A DNA stretch of 64,000 nt from Octopus sinensis (lineage: Eukaryota). The notes under the pieces were generated by a model, which worked only from the letters and a program-made list of their open reading frames with translations, was not told the origin of the DNA and ran no database searches. Shown piece after piece: positions 1-13,473 of the stretch. The position numbers and the translations under genes were made by a program. The stretch lies in the NCBI RefSeq assembly GCF_006345805.1, contig NC_043006.1, forward strand, positions 11,532,001 to 11,596,000. The letters run 5' to 3'. Every line of letters begins with the position of its first letter. Within the stretch, counting starts at the first letter, position 1.

Positions 1-38
<38 letters not shown>

Positions 39-60
39 TATATATGTGTGTGTGTGTATA

Positions 61-236
61 TAGGGAAAGTTTACGAAAAATCAAAAGACGAAGACTGGTG
101 GTGTACAAGACAAATAGATGTATTAGTATAACGCTCAGGAATAGAAAAAGTCTTTTACATTTCGAGCCTACGCTCCTCTACAGAAAGGGACACAGAAAAA
201 ACAAGGAAGAAGCAAGGAGAGAAAAACGTGTGTAGT
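61..236 (-). mobile_element. Dispersed non-autonomous repeat (PLE-associated type) with a degenerate hammerhead-like core; second copy at about 14693-15295 is split by a SINE-B
   Basis: Near-identical copy at 14693-14845 resuming at 15268. Minus strand 152-187 reads CTTT-CTGTAGA-G-GAGCgtagGCTC-GAAAT-GTA-AAAG. Confidence 0.6.
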
Positions 237-545
237 GGCTAACGATCCATCATGGCGAGTATGTATATATATATATATATTATATATATATATATATACT
301 CGAAGTCTGTACAAACTAACCGGTCCAGACTCTATTTACGCAGATACTCTAACAACGATGTAGAGTAGTTTGTTTTAAATATAACTCGAGTCGAAAATTC
401 TGGGACCTTGCATCGCTCTTAGCGTAACACTACACACACAGGCATACACACACAATTAAGTACCAGAAAAACCCGAGGTCTATTTAATAAACTGTATCTC
501 CCAAAGTCTGTAACCTTGTGCTTTAGTTCATTATCTATCTGTTTA

Positions 546-546
546 C

Positions 547-624
<78 letters not shown>

Positions 625-640
625 GTCTGTCTATCTATCT
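546..640. repeat. (CTAT)n microsatellite
   Basis: Direct reading. Confidence 0.95.
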
Positions 641-1505
641 TCCTTTTACTTAATGCACAGGTGTCACGTTGGTTCATGTGACTATCTCGAGATTGATTAA
701 ATTAGGAGACAGTAAAGAAATTGTTCCTAAAAGCAAGCGGTAATCAATAATAATCTATCTTACGAATTTTAAGATTTTCTAGTGAACAGTTAAAGGTTAA
801 TAAGGCAAGTTTAATTTCTAGTGTTTTAATCGATAAATAGTTATCGCTTCTGATAGATGGAAGTACTTAGCAAAGCGAAATCAATAATCGACATTGTGTT
901 ATTAATTTGGATAATTCCTTCGATTGTGTTAGAGTATTTTTCAATTAAAGGAACGAAAGCTACATTTAAGATTACACCGTGTAGCACGATCTCTGTCCTT
1001 GGGTAACAACTGTTATTTCCTGTTTGCTGGATCGATTCCACTTTAAGACAACTTGGGCAAATGTCATTTTCTATGGCGTCGGGTCTGTCCATAACTTTGT
1101 GTGGGGAAACTGGGTAGACGGAAACTAAATAGAGGATTGTCGGGTGGGTTACACCTGTAATTCATAAGAGACAGCTTTGTCACACTTTGTGTCATGCTAA
1201 ATATGCCTGAGGACTCGGCATATGTTATAAAAGTTGAATGACATAGATTAAGTGACCAGAAATGATTGCTTTGTGAGTTGATGGGTATTATTTACTAAAC
1301 AGAGGAAATCTATTGCATGTTATTATTTACGGGTGTTACAGGGCGAAATGCTTTGCGGTATTTCACCTGTCTTTGCCTTTCATCCTTTCGGGGTTTATAA
1401 AATTAGTACCAGTTGCATACTGGGGTCGATCTAATCGACTGGCCCCCGCCACCAAAATTTCAGGCTTTGTGCCTAGAGTAGAAAAGAATATGTGCGGGTG
1501 TTTAT

Positions 1506-2095
1506 AAGGCGACGAGCTGGCAGAAACGTTAGCACGCCGGGCGAAATGCTTTGCGGTATTTCGTCTGCCGCTACGTTGTGAGTTCAAATTCCGCCAAGGT
1601 CGACTTTGCCTTTCATCCTTTCGGGGTCGATAAATTAAGTACCAGTGACCCACTGGCGTCGATGTAATCGACTTAATCCGTTTGTCTGTCCTTGTTTATC
1701 CCCTCTATGTTTAGCCCCTTGTGAGTAATAAAGAAATAGGTATTTCGACTGCCGCTACGTTCTGAGTTCAAATTCCGCCGAGGTCGACTTTGCCTTTCAT
1801 CCTTTCGGGGTCGATTAAATAAGTTCGAGTTACGCACTGGGGTCGGTATAATCGACTTAATCCGTTTGTCTGTCCTTGTTTGTCCCCTCCGTATTTAGCT
1901 CCTTGTGGGTAGTAAAGAAATAGGTATTTCGTCTGTCTTTACGTGCTGAGTTCAAATTCCGCCGAGATCGACTTTGCCTTTCATCCTTACGGGGTCGATT
2001 AATTAAGTACCAGTTGCGTACTGGGATCGATCCGATCGACTGCCCCCCCCCCCTTCCCAAACATTTCAGGCCTTGTGCCTAGAGTAGAAGAGAAT
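1506..2095 (+). mobile_element. SINE-A trimer (tRNA-like head plus 3 body units; last unit has the variant tail)
   Basis: A-box-like TGGCAGAAACG, B-box GTTCAAATTCC, central GTCGACTTTGCCTTTCATCCTTTCGGGGTCGATAAATTAAGTACCAG (resembles Meta/Sauria-type central domains, from recall), and junctions AAGAAATA|GGTATTTCG. Confidence 0.85.
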
Positions 2096-2910
2096 CGTTA
2101 TCACGCTGGACGAAATGTTTAGCGGTATTTCGCCCGTCGTTATGTTCTGGGTTCAAATTCCGCCGAGATCGACTTTACCTTTCATCGTTTCGGAATCGAT
2201 AAATTAAGTATCGATAAAACACTAAGATCGATGTGATCGACTAGTCACCCCACCTAAAATTTCAGGCCGTGTGTCTTTTATAGAAGGAACTACGTGTAGG
2301 TGTTTATCTATTAAAGGGTGTCCGTGTGACGGAATACTCAGCCACTAACTTGTTAATTCACAAGTAGATTATTTAATTGATCGAACAAACGAATCCTTGT
2401 CGTCACGCGACGGAGATCCATCACTAACTCATCCCGTTAATCCACACTCTTATGAAAGGCTCCGCCTATGCTGCCCTATCTATGATCGTTGTGTCAACGG
2501 GGCCAATTCCATGTTGGACAGGGTATTCCAGTAGTTAGATGATTAATCCTAGCCATTGGAATTTAGGCAGAATTTGAACTTAGATCGCAGATGACCGGAT
2601 CAGGTATCTCAGAGCATCTTTGGGTAACGCTCTAACGACTTTACCGATTCACTGTTCTAAATAGTTACTTTACTTTTTCTCATTCGAAAGGATGAAAGGC
2701 AATGTTGACCCTGATGGATTTGAACCCACAGCATAGTGAATCGGAACAAAAATCGCTAGGTATTCTATCCGCCGGTCTAACAACACTGCTAATTCGCCAC
2801 CACGTATACATAACATTTACGGATAAACTCGGGTGTCATATGACGGGTAACCTTAGAAGTTTAACTTTTGTCACCATGGGAAATACCAGGAAGTATAGCA
2901 TATACATACT

Positions 2911-3310
2911 CTCTTTACTCTTTTACATGTTTCAGTCATGTGACTGTGGCCATGCTGGAGCATCGCCTTTAGTCGAGCAAATCGACCCGAGGACTTATTC
3001 CTTGTAAGCTTAGTACTTATTCTATCGGTGTCTTTTGCCGAACCGCTAAGTTACGGGGACGTAAACATACCAGCATCGGTTGTCAAGCGATGTTGGGGGT
3101 ACAAACACAGACACAAACATACACACACATATATATACAAATATACGACGGGCTTCTTTCAGTTTCCGTCTACCAAATCCACTCACAAGGCTTTTGTCGG
3201 CCCAAGGCTATAGTAGAAGACACTTGCCCAAGGTGCCACGCAGTGGGACTGAACCCGGAACCATGTGGTTCGTAAGCAAGCTACTTACCATACAGCCACT
3301 CCTACGCCTA
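2911..3310 (-). mobile_element. SINE-B (tRNA head, internal TA/TG microsatellite, CR1-like tail ending (GTAAAAGA)n)
   Basis: Reverse complement of the family consensus seen at 59733-60164. Confidence 0.9.
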
Positions 3311-3624
3311 TGATTTAACTTTTATCAAATTTCTTGCTGCATATACAAAATGATGAAACAAATACTAACTTTCAAACGGTAAATATTTATTACTTTCAAA
3401 TAAAATTAAATAAAACGAATTTCTCATTTGTATAACTCCTCCCATAATTATTCAGTAGGGTAGTCGTCGTCACCGACGTCGATGTCCTCCTCCTCCGCCT
3501 CACTCTCCTCCTCCTCTTCCTCTTCTTCCTCCTCCCCTCCCCCTCCTCCTCTAATCCTTAGTCTCTCATTATGTGTATTTGTGTGTGTATGTGTATAACG
3601 TTCCCTATACTCATTTCTCGCCAA

Positions 3625-3750
3625 TTCATCCTTTCGGGGTCGATAAATTAAGTACCAGTTACGCACTGGGGTTGATGTAATCGACTTAATCCGTTTGTCT
3701 CTCCTTGTTTGTCCCCTCTGTGTTTAGCCCCTTGAGGGTAGTAAAGAAAT
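3625..3750 (+). mobile_element. 5'-truncated SINE-A with 18-bp TSD
   Basis: TATACTCATTTCTCGCCA flanks both sides. Confidence 0.85.
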
Positions 3751-3893
3751 ATATACTCATTTCTCGCCACCAAGGCCAGTATGTGCCCTTGTCCTGCATC
3801 TCTAATATTAACTCTCTCTCTCTCTCTCTCTCTTTTATTCTTTCTTAATCTCTCTCCGTGCGATGTAAAGCGTGACTGGAGAAACCAGCCAAC

Positions 3894-4005
3894 CTACAAA
3901 CCAAACATCCATCAACTCAACCACCCAACCAACATTTATATCGGCTATTCTACAAACCAAACATCCATCAACTCAACCACCCAACCAACATTTATATCGG
4001 CTATT
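3894..4005. repeat. Perfect 56-bp tandem duplication
   Basis: CTACAAACCAAACATCC...TATCGGCTATT occurs twice. Confidence 0.9.
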
Positions 4006-4011
4006 ATTACA

Positions 4012-4154
4012 TGACTGTATGCTAAGAAGCTTGCTTTCCAACCACATGGTTCCGGGTTCAGTCCCATTGCATGGCATCTTGGACAAGTGTTTTCTACTAA
4101 AGCCTCGGGTCGACCAAAGCTTTGTGAGTGGACGGAAACTGAAAGAAGCCCATC

Positions 4155-4203
<49 letters not shown>

Positions 4204-4420
4204 GGTGTGTGTGTGTGTACTACCCACCATCACCACTTGACAACCGATGTTGCTGTTTTTACGTCCCCATAACTAAGATGGTCAGCAAGAGAGACATATA
4301 GAATAAGTACTAGGCTTAAAAAATAAGTTCCGTGGTCGATTTGCTCGGCTAAAATCCTTCAAGAAGGTGCTCCAGCATGGCTGCAGTCAAATGACTGAAA
4401 CAAACGAAAGAATAAAAGGA
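4012..4420 (+). mobile_element. SINE-B, diverged
   Basis: Head GGTTCCGGGTTCAGTCCC; tail CCAGCATGGCTGCAGTCAAATGACTGAAAC. Confidence 0.85.
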
Positions 4421-4769
4421 TACATAATGATATTCGGTAAAGAGAATGCAGCGAGTTGGCTGAATCGTCAGCACGCCGGACAAAATGCTTAGCAGCATTT
4501 CGTCAGTTTTTACGTTCTGGGTTCAAATTCCGCAGAGGTGGACTTTGCTTTTCAGTCTTTCGGGATCGATAAAGTAAATACTAGTTGAACACTGGGATCG
4601 ATGACATCGACCTAGCCCACTTCCCCAAACCTGCTGGGCCTTATGCCTAAATCTGAAACCAATATTCGGTAAAGAGAGACACCTGGTGATTACAGTAATT
4701 GCAAATAAGATCAACCATCACGAATAATAGAACAATAGTCAATAGAATAGAATAATAGAGTCAATAAAT

Positions 4770-5016
4770 GCGCCCTTTTAAAGCCTAGCCAGGCTCATGG
4801 GCCCGGTTTTCCGGTTTCCATGGCGTATGTGTTCCCTAGCTGGATGGGACAACAGTCCATTGCAGCGTTACTCATTTTTGCCAGCTGAGTGGACTGGAGC
4901 AACGTGAAATGAAGTGTTTTGCTCAAGAACACAACGCGTCGCCCAATCCAGGAATCGAAACCACAATCTTACAATCATGATGCTGACACCCTAACCACTA
5001 ATCCACGCGCCTCCAC
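4770..5016 (-). mobile_element. SINE-E (tRNA-derived), inserted in a minisatellite; related copy at 16240-16560 (-)
   Basis: Minus strand GTGGAGGCGCGTGGATTAGTGGTTAG...GGTTTCGATTCC gives A/B boxes. Confidence 0.8.
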
Positions 5017-5238
5017 ATTAGAGTCAATAGAATAATAGAATCAATAGAATAGAATAATAGAGTCAATAGAATAGAATGACAGAGTCAATAGAATAGAATA
5101 ATAGAGTCAATAGAATAGAATAATAGAGTCAATAGAATAGAATAATAGAGTCAATAGAATAGAATAATAGAGTCAATAGAATAGAATAATAGAGTCAATA
5201 GAATAGAATAATAGAGTCAATAGAATAATAGAGTCAAT
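5017..5238. repeat. 22-bp minisatellite (AATAGAATAGAATAATAGAGTC)n, continuing at 4725-4765 on the other side of the SINE
   Basis: About 10 units read directly. Confidence 0.9.
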
Positions 5239-5493
5239 GCATGTATGGAAACGTCGTAGACTCTTAAGTGTGCGTTGCTCCAGAATGGACCAAGTTACTA
5301 AAGTTAGCAGAATTGTGCTGGGTTGCAGCTTTTGTGGTACTTAGTCGAATCCCTCAGCTGTTCGGATTTAAATCGTTTTATTTAAATTTGCTTTTCTTCC
5401 TCTATTAATCAAGGTATAGCTTAATAGAAATACAACTAATTTAAACACAACGTGAACGTTCGAAAACGAACAGTTCTACTAATTATTATATGA

Positions 5494-5884
5494 CTAGCAG
5501 TATCGCCCAGCGTTGCTCGGGTTTGTTTCGACCCTTTAGAATTGGAATTTCTGAAAAGTAAAAATTTTGCATTATGTAACTTGTTATTCTCTTTAAGTGA
5601 ACATTTTTCTGGTTGCAATACACCGAAAAATGGCGACACAGCAGTCAAAAAATGGTAAAAAATTAGGGATTTTCATAGAAAAAAAGCAGCTTTCTGATGT
5701 AAATAATTTTTGGTCTTAACATGGTCCGATTTGAATTTTTTCTTCTACGGAAGGAAGAGCAAGCCTTCTTCTATCATACTTTCAATTTTGGTCAACTTGC
5801 GCCGCAGGGTTTCGGAGGAGATAGTGTTAGTTGAAGGCTACCAAACCTGCCATACACAGACAACTTCAGCTTTATATACATAGA
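5494..5884 (-). mobile_element. Non-autonomous Helitron, internal type 1
   Basis: 5' A|TC, 3' hairpin CCCGAGCAACGCTGGG then CTAG|T, no TSD. An internal fragment recurs at about 15985-16117. Confidence 0.85.
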
Positions 5885-6524
5885 TTAAATTTTACAAAAG
5901 GAAATTTTATTTAAGCTAAAAAACCCAAAAGCAAAAGCTTTTAAAAACTTGTTATAGCAAATTAGATTTCAAATATAATCATAAACTGCACTCTGCAATG
6001 TATTTGTTTATTTCTTTTGTAGATTTCATTAAATATTCTTGCCGTTCATGCATCGATCTTGTTAAATATTTTTTTGTTGTAACTGCTTGCGATCTTGATT
6101 GTTTATACTCAGCTGTTATCTAATCAACCACATCTAACAATTAACACAAGGCGCCTCCATAATCAGCATTTCTTTGAAGTCTTCAACCTCAGTTAGCTTG
6201 AGAACCTCGCTGTTAGGTTTCTCATCTGTGGGCTTTATTCACATATAGCTTGGACTGGAAAGTTGCTTTATTATTTTTTTTATTACACTGTGCCTTCAAG
6301 AGTTCTTTGGTTAACCACATCACTTCCAGGACTCTTGTAAGATGAGAAAAACTAATCGTAGAACAGAGAAAATGTTATCGTCATAATTTCCTTTTTTATC
6401 AACTTTCTACGTTCTGATCAAAATTAAAAAAAGGAGAAAATTAACTCCGTTAAGAAAGTAAAAAGAATAAGTAAGCGCAAAAGCGTTGTTTATGATATCC
6501 AGTGGAATAAAACTAGGCAAAAGT

Positions 6525-6533
6525 GTGTGCGTA

Positions 6534-6588
<55 letters not shown>

Positions 6589-6757
6589 AGGGGTAAAGAA
6601 ACGGAAGTAATGAAAGTGAAGGAGAAGTAGGACCACGAGAATGTGAGAAGAACGAGGGAGGGCAATGATGAAACTGAAAATCTTTATATAATAACAGCTG
6701 ATATAGATGTTGGTTGGTTTATGGGCTGTTTAATGTTTCCATCCACGCTTTACATCG

Positions 6758-6791
<34 letters not shown>

Positions 6792-6851
6792 TAGTAGTAG
6801 TAGTAGTAGTGTGGTGGTGGTGGTGGTGGTGGTAGTAGTAGTAGTAGTAGT

Positions 6852-6889
<38 letters not shown>

Positions 6890-6895
6890 AGTAAA
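6525..6895. repeat. (GT)n, (GA)n, (GTA)n/(GTG)n compound microsatellites
   Basis: Direct reading. Confidence 0.9.
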
Positions 6896-7222
6896 AGCGA
6901 GAAACAGAGTTAACATGAAAGATGCAGGATCAGTGCGCATAGTAGCCTTGGCGGCAGGCAATGAGTAAAATAACGCTACATGCACATACACGCACATATT
7001 TACACAACAAGAAAGAAAGAACCATAGAGACAGAGACAGAAGAGGTGGAGGAGAGTGAATGAATGACAAAGTAGTTATGAGATGAGTTATACAAATGAGA
7101 AATTTGCTTTATTTAATTTTATTTTATGGTGATATTTCCTCTTGAAAATTAGTATTCATCATTTTGCTTAAGCACCAAGAAATGTGATAAAAGTTTAACT
7201 GTAATTATTGCATGCATGCAAT

Positions 7223-7400
7223 ATCTATTATATAAAATCTGTTCTGTCTGTCTGTGTGTGTGTCTTCTAGTATCTCGGGCATCTTCCATCCGATTGCATT
7301 CTAATTTGATATGTAGATACCGACGGTATCAGAGCGTGTATAAGTTTTGAAAAAATTACAAAAGTCGATTCCAGGTGAGAATGCGATCGATAAAGCCGTT
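7223..7400 (+). mobile_element. Probable 5' end of another Helitron-type element
   Basis: A|TCTATTATATAAAA followed by (TCTG)n/(TG)n, like the other Helitron 5' ends; no matching 3' CTAG end found. Confidence 0.45.
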
Positions 7401-9204
7401 TTTGTCCTGCTTTTCTTCTGTCAACTTGTACATAACTGCACCTTCCATTTTTTGTTGTTTTTGTACTGCTTAAAGGCACGTTTCTTTCCTGCCAAGCTTA
7501 CTGTTTAAACCATGTTTGTGTTCCCCCAGTCAACAGCCTTATCATTAATGGTACCTTAAACTCTTCGGTTGCATATTTGTGTGAATAAAATCGTTTTTCT
7601 TTGGAATAGAAAAAAAAGTCTATCTTTATTTCTTCTTTTGCTGGTGTCTCAAATGTAGGTTAAATCAGTGTTTCTCAAAGGGGATGCCTATAGGACGGTC
7701 GGACAAGTTGTTTTGAGAAAATTTGGTTTAAATGTTTGACAACTCAGGACCGTCCATTGGATGGGGTGCGTTTTGCTCGTTTTCTGATATTAATTGTAAT
7801 CTTTTCTCTTAATACTATAGGAAAAATACCTGAAATTTGTGAGAAGAAAGATAGTTGATCACATCAATCCCAGTACTTCCCTGGTACTTAATTTATCGAC
7901 CCCGAAAGGATAAAAAGTCAAAGTCGACCGTAGTGGAATTTGAACGCAGAAAGTAAAGACACAAAATGCCACTAAGCTTTTCGAGCTGTGTGCTAACGAA
8001 TTTGCCAGATCGTTGCCTTTCTAATGGTAACTATAATGTTAAAAGATATACTTCCAAAGTTATCTGTCATATGGCGGGTAACTGTCTAACTAAATAAATA
8101 ATATGCTTAGAATATAGTTTATAGACTTCTATACTAGTAATAAACTATTGATAAGCTGCAACCATTGTCAGCTGTATGAACAAAGCCATTCAGGCATGTA
8201 TGTAATGAAATTACAGAAAATACATATAATATTGCAGAAAATCATATAACGGTAATCAACGAAATACATCCAAATTATCCACGAACATGGTATATAATAT
8301 AAACGAAAGTGCAATTGAAGGATACAACTATGCCAGCAGTCATTTGTCAATGCTTACAACAAACATCGCATAGGCGTTCCCTGAGCAAAACTAATTAGTC
8401 AAACCTCATAATAAATGGCTTTGTAAATTAGATTTTTCTCATTCTAGAAGTTGTCTGAATTAATCCCAAGTCACTTCTGCAACATTAGGTCGCTTTTCCA
8501 CCATTGATCCTCAGTTTCATTATTTCATTGTGCAAATATCCGTTTTGCCATGCAGGAGGTAAGATCTACGAGGAATATCGACAGCCGTTACCAGGTCTCT
8601 TGATCTCAGTGTTAGAGCGTTTGATGTACCTGTACCCAATCAATTGCTGATGAAGCATGGAGGTCTATGTATGTGTGTGTGTGCGTCTGTGTGTGTGTGT
8701 GGATGTGTGTGTGTGTGTGCCCTTAGTATATAAATGCAAAAAACAGCTCAAACAGAAACGTGTTTTGCTTTCATTGTAGATTCCAGGTGTTAGAAACGAA
8801 ATTATAGAATATTTGACTCAATGGAATAGTTTACAAAACAATTTTTATACGATAATCCATTCAGTAGATTATCAAAATTAAGCCCAGCTGTATTTGAAAC
8901 CGAAAGTATTACCTTTTCCTCATCAGTGTGTTGATTAACTTCGAGTTGAATGACATAGATTAAATGACCAGAAATGGTTTTTTTGTCAATTGATCGAAGT
9001 TATTAACCAAATGCAGGAATTCTATTGCATGCTATTACGTGTGGGTGTTATTCTATCATTAAAACGCAGCATCACATTATTAAATTAATATATTTGACTA
9101 ATATTCTTTAAAAATAAATATTTGTAATAATTAGAAATAAAAAAAAAATTGCATAAAAATTAGTTAAGTAGGAAGTGGGATGTAATATTATTATTTATAT
9201 GATA

Positions 9205-9599
9205 CTAGCAGTATCGCCCGGCGTTGCTCGGGTTTGTAAGGGAAATAACTATATAAGCATTTTTAGAGATGTAAAGTATAGTAGCCATCTCAATATGGCT
9301 AACCACAAGGGGGGGTGTTACCGTAGCTTTTTACGTTCTGAGATTTAATAATACATTTTTAGAGAGTTACTTCCCTTATATATGCCAAAAATGGATTAAA
9401 AATGGGAAAAATTGATGGTAATTTTTTTTTTAAATCATAGACTCATCGTAGACGCGCGCTAATACCCAGAAGGGCTCGATATGAATCACGACTATAAGAT
9501 ACCCGGTTTTGGTTAAACTGCACCGCAAATTGTGGGAGTAGTTAGGAATCTAAATCGTAGGAGACAGACAGCACACAACCTCACTTTTATATATAAAGA
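9205..9599 (-). mobile_element. Non-autonomous Helitron, internal type 2
   Basis: A|TCTTTATATATAAAAG ... CCCGAGCAACGCCGGGCGATACTGCTAG|T. Confidence 0.9.
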
Positions 9600-9650
9600 T
9601 TAAACTACTTTTCCGAAACTTATAGATATACTTTTCTACTATAAGGCGGC

Positions 9651-10058
9651 GAGCTGGCAGAATCGATAGCACGCCGGGCGAAATGCTTAGCGGTATTTCG
9701 TTTGCCGTTACGTTCTGAGTTCAAATTCCGCCGAGGTCGACTTTACCTTTCATCCTTTCGGGGTCGATAAATTAAGTACCAGTTACGCACTAGGGTCGAT
9801 GTAATCGACTTAATACATATATCTGTCCTTGTTTGTCCTGTCTGTGTTTAGCCTCTTGTGGGTAGTAAAGAAATAGGTATTTCGTCTGCCGTTACGTTCT
9901 GAGTTCAAATTCCGTCGAGGTCGACTTTGCCTTTTATCTTTTCGGGGTCGATTAAATAAGTACCAGTTACGCACTGGAGTCGATATAATCGACTTAATCT
10001 GTTTGTCAGTCCTTGCTTGTCCCCTCTATGTTTAGCCCATTGTGAGTAATAAAGAAAC
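9651..10058 (+). mobile_element. SINE-A dimer with TSD
   Basis: Full head plus 2 units; flanks AGATATACTTTTCTACTAT / AGATATTCTTTTCTACTTT. Confidence 0.85.
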
Positions 10059-10337
10059 AGATATTCTTTTCTACTTTAGGCACAAGGCCTGAAATTTTTG
10101 GTGAGTTGGGGGCCAGTCAATTAGGTCGACCCCAGTACGCAACTGGTACTTAATTTGTGCTTCAGATTTCATCCCTTGCCACTTAACTTCTGCAAAACTT
10201 ATAAAAACTTTTAGCATTTCTGGTAAAATGTAGAATTTCTAAAAAAGTTAAATTTGTACTTTGTATACTATAATACCTGTCTCTCTCTCACCTCTCTTTC
10301 TTCCATTCTTCTTTCTGCTTTTCGTTATTATATCATT

Positions 10338-10730
10338 TGTGGAGGCACAATGGCCCAGTGGTTAGGGCAGCGGACTCGCGGTCATAGGATCGCGGTTTCG
10401 ATTCCCAGACCGGGCGTTGTGAGTGTTTATTGAGCGAAAACACCTAAAGCTCCATGAGGCTCCGACAGGGGATGGTGGTGATCCCTGCTGTACTCTTTCA
10501 CCACAACTTTCTCTCACTCTTTCTTCCTGTTTCTGTTGTACTTGTATTTCAAGGGGCCGGCCTTGTCACTCTCTGTGTCACGCTGAATATCCCCGAGAAC
10601 TACGTTAAGGGTGCACGTGTCTGTGGAGTGCTCAGCCACTTACACGTTAATTTCACGAGCAGTCTGTTCCGTTGATTCGGATCAACCGGAACCCTCATCG
10701 TCGTAACCGACGGAGTGCTTCCATCCATCC
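10338..10730 (+). mobile_element. SINE-C (tRNA-derived, about 390 bp) with 11-bp TSD
   Basis: TGGCCCAGTGGTTAG A box, GGTTTCGATTCC B box; TSD ATTATATCATT. Confidence 0.9.
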
Positions 10731-11746
10731 ATTATATCATTCATTCTCATTCACTTCCTACTGTATGTATGTTTTGAAAGAGAATGTGTGTGGGTGTGTG
10801 TGTACGTGCATGCCTGTGTATGTATGTGTGTGTGTCTTTGGAAATATACTTGTGGATGTATGTTATGCGTTTGTAAGCTCCTTTGTGCGTGTATGCGTGT
10901 GTATGCGTGTATGTATCTGTACGAGTATTTCGAAATGTGTCTTAAGCTATTACTAATACAGTTAATGAAACAACGAAACAAATTCAAAATACTCTTCATT
11001 ATTTTCCGTTATGTTAATGTCACGAATACAATATTGTTTTTAACATGATTCCCTGTTTGTTTAGAACTCTAACAGTATGGAAACTAAATGACTTCGGAAT
11101 TTCAATGAATGATTCAGAAATCAGATACAATAGACAAAAATGTTAGTGGCAGAACCGTCTTTTATCAGCTTGCTACGATCTGAAGCAAAATAATAAAATA
11201 TAGGATTCCAGAAAACAAATAAAATATATTACTAAAAGCAAAGTAAGAAACAAAAAAAACGATAAAAGATCTTTAATAAATTAAAAAAAACCATAAAAGA
11301 TCTTTAATAAGTTAAAAAAAAAGAAAAATCAAATTCAGTTCGAAGGAATTATAATAAAGAATGGTATGATAATAAAGGAAGAAGAAATTCAATGGTGGCC
11401 AGGTGAACAGAAGAAATGAGGTAGAATAAAGGAAAATTAACAACCACAACGACAAGAACAATAGGAAAAAACAGCAGCAGTAGCAATAGTAGTAAAAATA
11501 TTAGTTTATGAAAATATTGTTGAGCCAATAAGCTGACATTTCGATGTGGAAATTAAAACAATCGGATGAAATGAGGTGAATGAGATTACCATAGAAAGTG
11601 TGTGTGATAAAATAGAAATATAATTGAATGTATATTTAATGAAAAATAATTGAGACACAATAAATGAAGACATTATCGTTAAGACAGGGAGGATGAAGAA
11701 GATAGAATGGATGATTATTCTTATTAAACAATGTCAAAAGTTTAGC

Positions 11747-12357
11747 AAGGCGGTGAGCTGGCAGAACCGTTAGCACGCCGGGCGAAATGCTTAGCCATAT
11801 TTCGTCTGCCGTTACGTTCTGAGTTCATATTCCACCGAGGTCGACTTTGCCTTTCATCCTTTCGGGGTCGATAAATTAAGCACCAGTTACGCACTGGGGT
11901 CGATATAATCGACTTAATCCGTTTGTCTGTCCTTGTTTGTCCCCTCTGTGTTTAGCCCCTTGTGGGTAGTAAAGAAATAGGTATTTCGTCTGACACTACG
12001 TTCTGAGTTCAAATTCTGCCGAGGTCGACTTTGCCTTTCATCCTTTCGGGGTCAATAAATTAAGCACCAGTTACGCACTGAGGTCGATGTAATCGACTTA
12101 ATCCGTTTGTCTGTCCTTGTTTATCCCCTCTCTGTTTAGCCCCTTGTGGGTAGTAAAGAAATGGGTATTTCGTCTGCCGTTACGTTCTGAATTCAAATTC
12201 AGCCGAGGTCGACTTTGCCTTTCATCCTTTCGCGGTCGATTAAATAAGTACCAGTTACGCACTGGGGTCGATATAATCGACTTAATCCGTTTGCCTGTCC
12301 TTGCTTGTCCCTTCTGTGTTTAGCCCCTTGTGGGTAGTAAAGAAATAGGTATTTCGT
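11747..12357 (+). mobile_element. SINE-A trimer ending in the start of a fourth unit
   Basis: Full head, junctions AAGAAATA|GGTATTTCG, terminal GGTATTTCGT. Confidence 0.9.
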
Positions 12358-13473
12358 ACCATATTTAAAATAAATTCTGGGGTCGATTTGTTCGTTTTAA
12401 GTTCTTCAAAGCAGTGCCCTAGATGGCAGTAGTCCATCGACAATAACAAATTAATAATAATAATAAAAAACTAGATAAATATAAGCGAATAAATAATTCT
12501 GAAGTTAATCTTGATAATTATTTAAAAAAAAAAAAGAAAAGAAAATTAATATTTGTACTAATTCGTTCTATGTTAAGTTTAGTATAATGTCCTTCCAATG
12601 AAAATATTACAACTGTAGCAACTCAATGAGGAAAGGAGAGATTTGCTCTTGGAATAAGTCGATCACTTTTGAATACATTTATTTGATAGCAAATCACTAA
12701 TGTTTAATGCGACATAAAGTAAATATGTATTGAAGCTGTAGCGTTTTGAATTCGAACAGAATTTAAGGTAAGATAGCAAAAGTAAAATGCATAAAATAAA
12801 ATAAAACTCGGAGTAAAGAAGATTAGAAAAGTATATTAATCTGGTGCATAAAAAAATGTTACAGAAGGATATTGTGTAGAAATCTCCATTATGAAAACCG
12901 TAAGAAAATATTCTGGAAAACACAAACTACAGCAAATGTAAACATATAACAGGAAATGAATATATTTGACATCGCAGTCTTATATTTTATGTAACAACAT
13001 CTGTTAATCTTGGAACTTTTTTATGAATGGAAAGCCTATTTTCATGAACAGACTCCTAGGGAGCTAAAGAAATAACTAAGTCAAGCAGTTCGGTTTTTAA
13101 TGGTCTTCGTTTTGTTTTGTTCTTTCTGATTATTTTTTTCCTTTAGGTATTATCCTTTGCTATCAAAGTCTTCTTCTTAGACGTATATTAAGTCTTAAAA
13201 TATTATAGAGAAACATTTTGGTTTTGGAATAGAATCTAAATAGTGTGTCACATTAAATCAGACATGTGTATCGAAATGATTGAGAGTGGTGTCCAGACAT
13301 AATGGCAACAGCTTCTGTCTGAAATGGAGTAAACGAGTTGGAATCTCAGTCCAGTTCGCTCCCACTCTGCGGCACTTTGGCTAAATTCTATCCATCATAG
13401 CACCATGTTGATCAACAATTTCGAAGTGACGTCTTGTAACCGAGATTATGCTGAAGCGCGCCGTACATGTATG

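Noticed and set aside
3448-3570. Acidic peptide EEEEDIDVGDDDYPTE resembling the MYC-type WDR5-binding motif
   Set aside because: It derives from a GAG/GAC microsatellite, has no polypyrimidine acceptor, and the ORF starts inside a SINE.
5990-6370. Protein-like minus-strand stretches (e.g. DEKPNSEVLKLTEVEDFKEML)
   Set aside because: Broken by stops and not assignable to any family from sequence alone.
7667-7727. CAGTGTTTCTCAAA hAT/Charlie-like terminus with a partial inverted copy
   Set aside because: Right end too degenerate and no 8-bp TSD.
8546-8562. Possible 3-nt microexon CAG|GAG|GTAAGA
   Set aside because: Weak polypyrimidine tract and no host gene context; expected by chance in 64 kb.
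8890-8930. CTGATGA on the minus strand (also 8647+, 26982-, 31780-, 55345+, 55718+, 63450-)
   Set aside because: No correctly placed GAAAC-NUH or stem I, so not hammerheads.
10338-10410. tRNA-like sequences at SINE heads
   Set aside because: A/B boxes are present but there is no complete cloverleaf or acceptor stem, and they continue into SINE bodies with TSDs; not tRNA genes.
12663-12923. Hydrophobic 86-aa ORF resembling a GPCR TM segment (SFNTYLLYVALNISDLL)
   Set aside because: A T-rich strand yields F/L/I/Y by composition; no further TM exons or clear splice structure.
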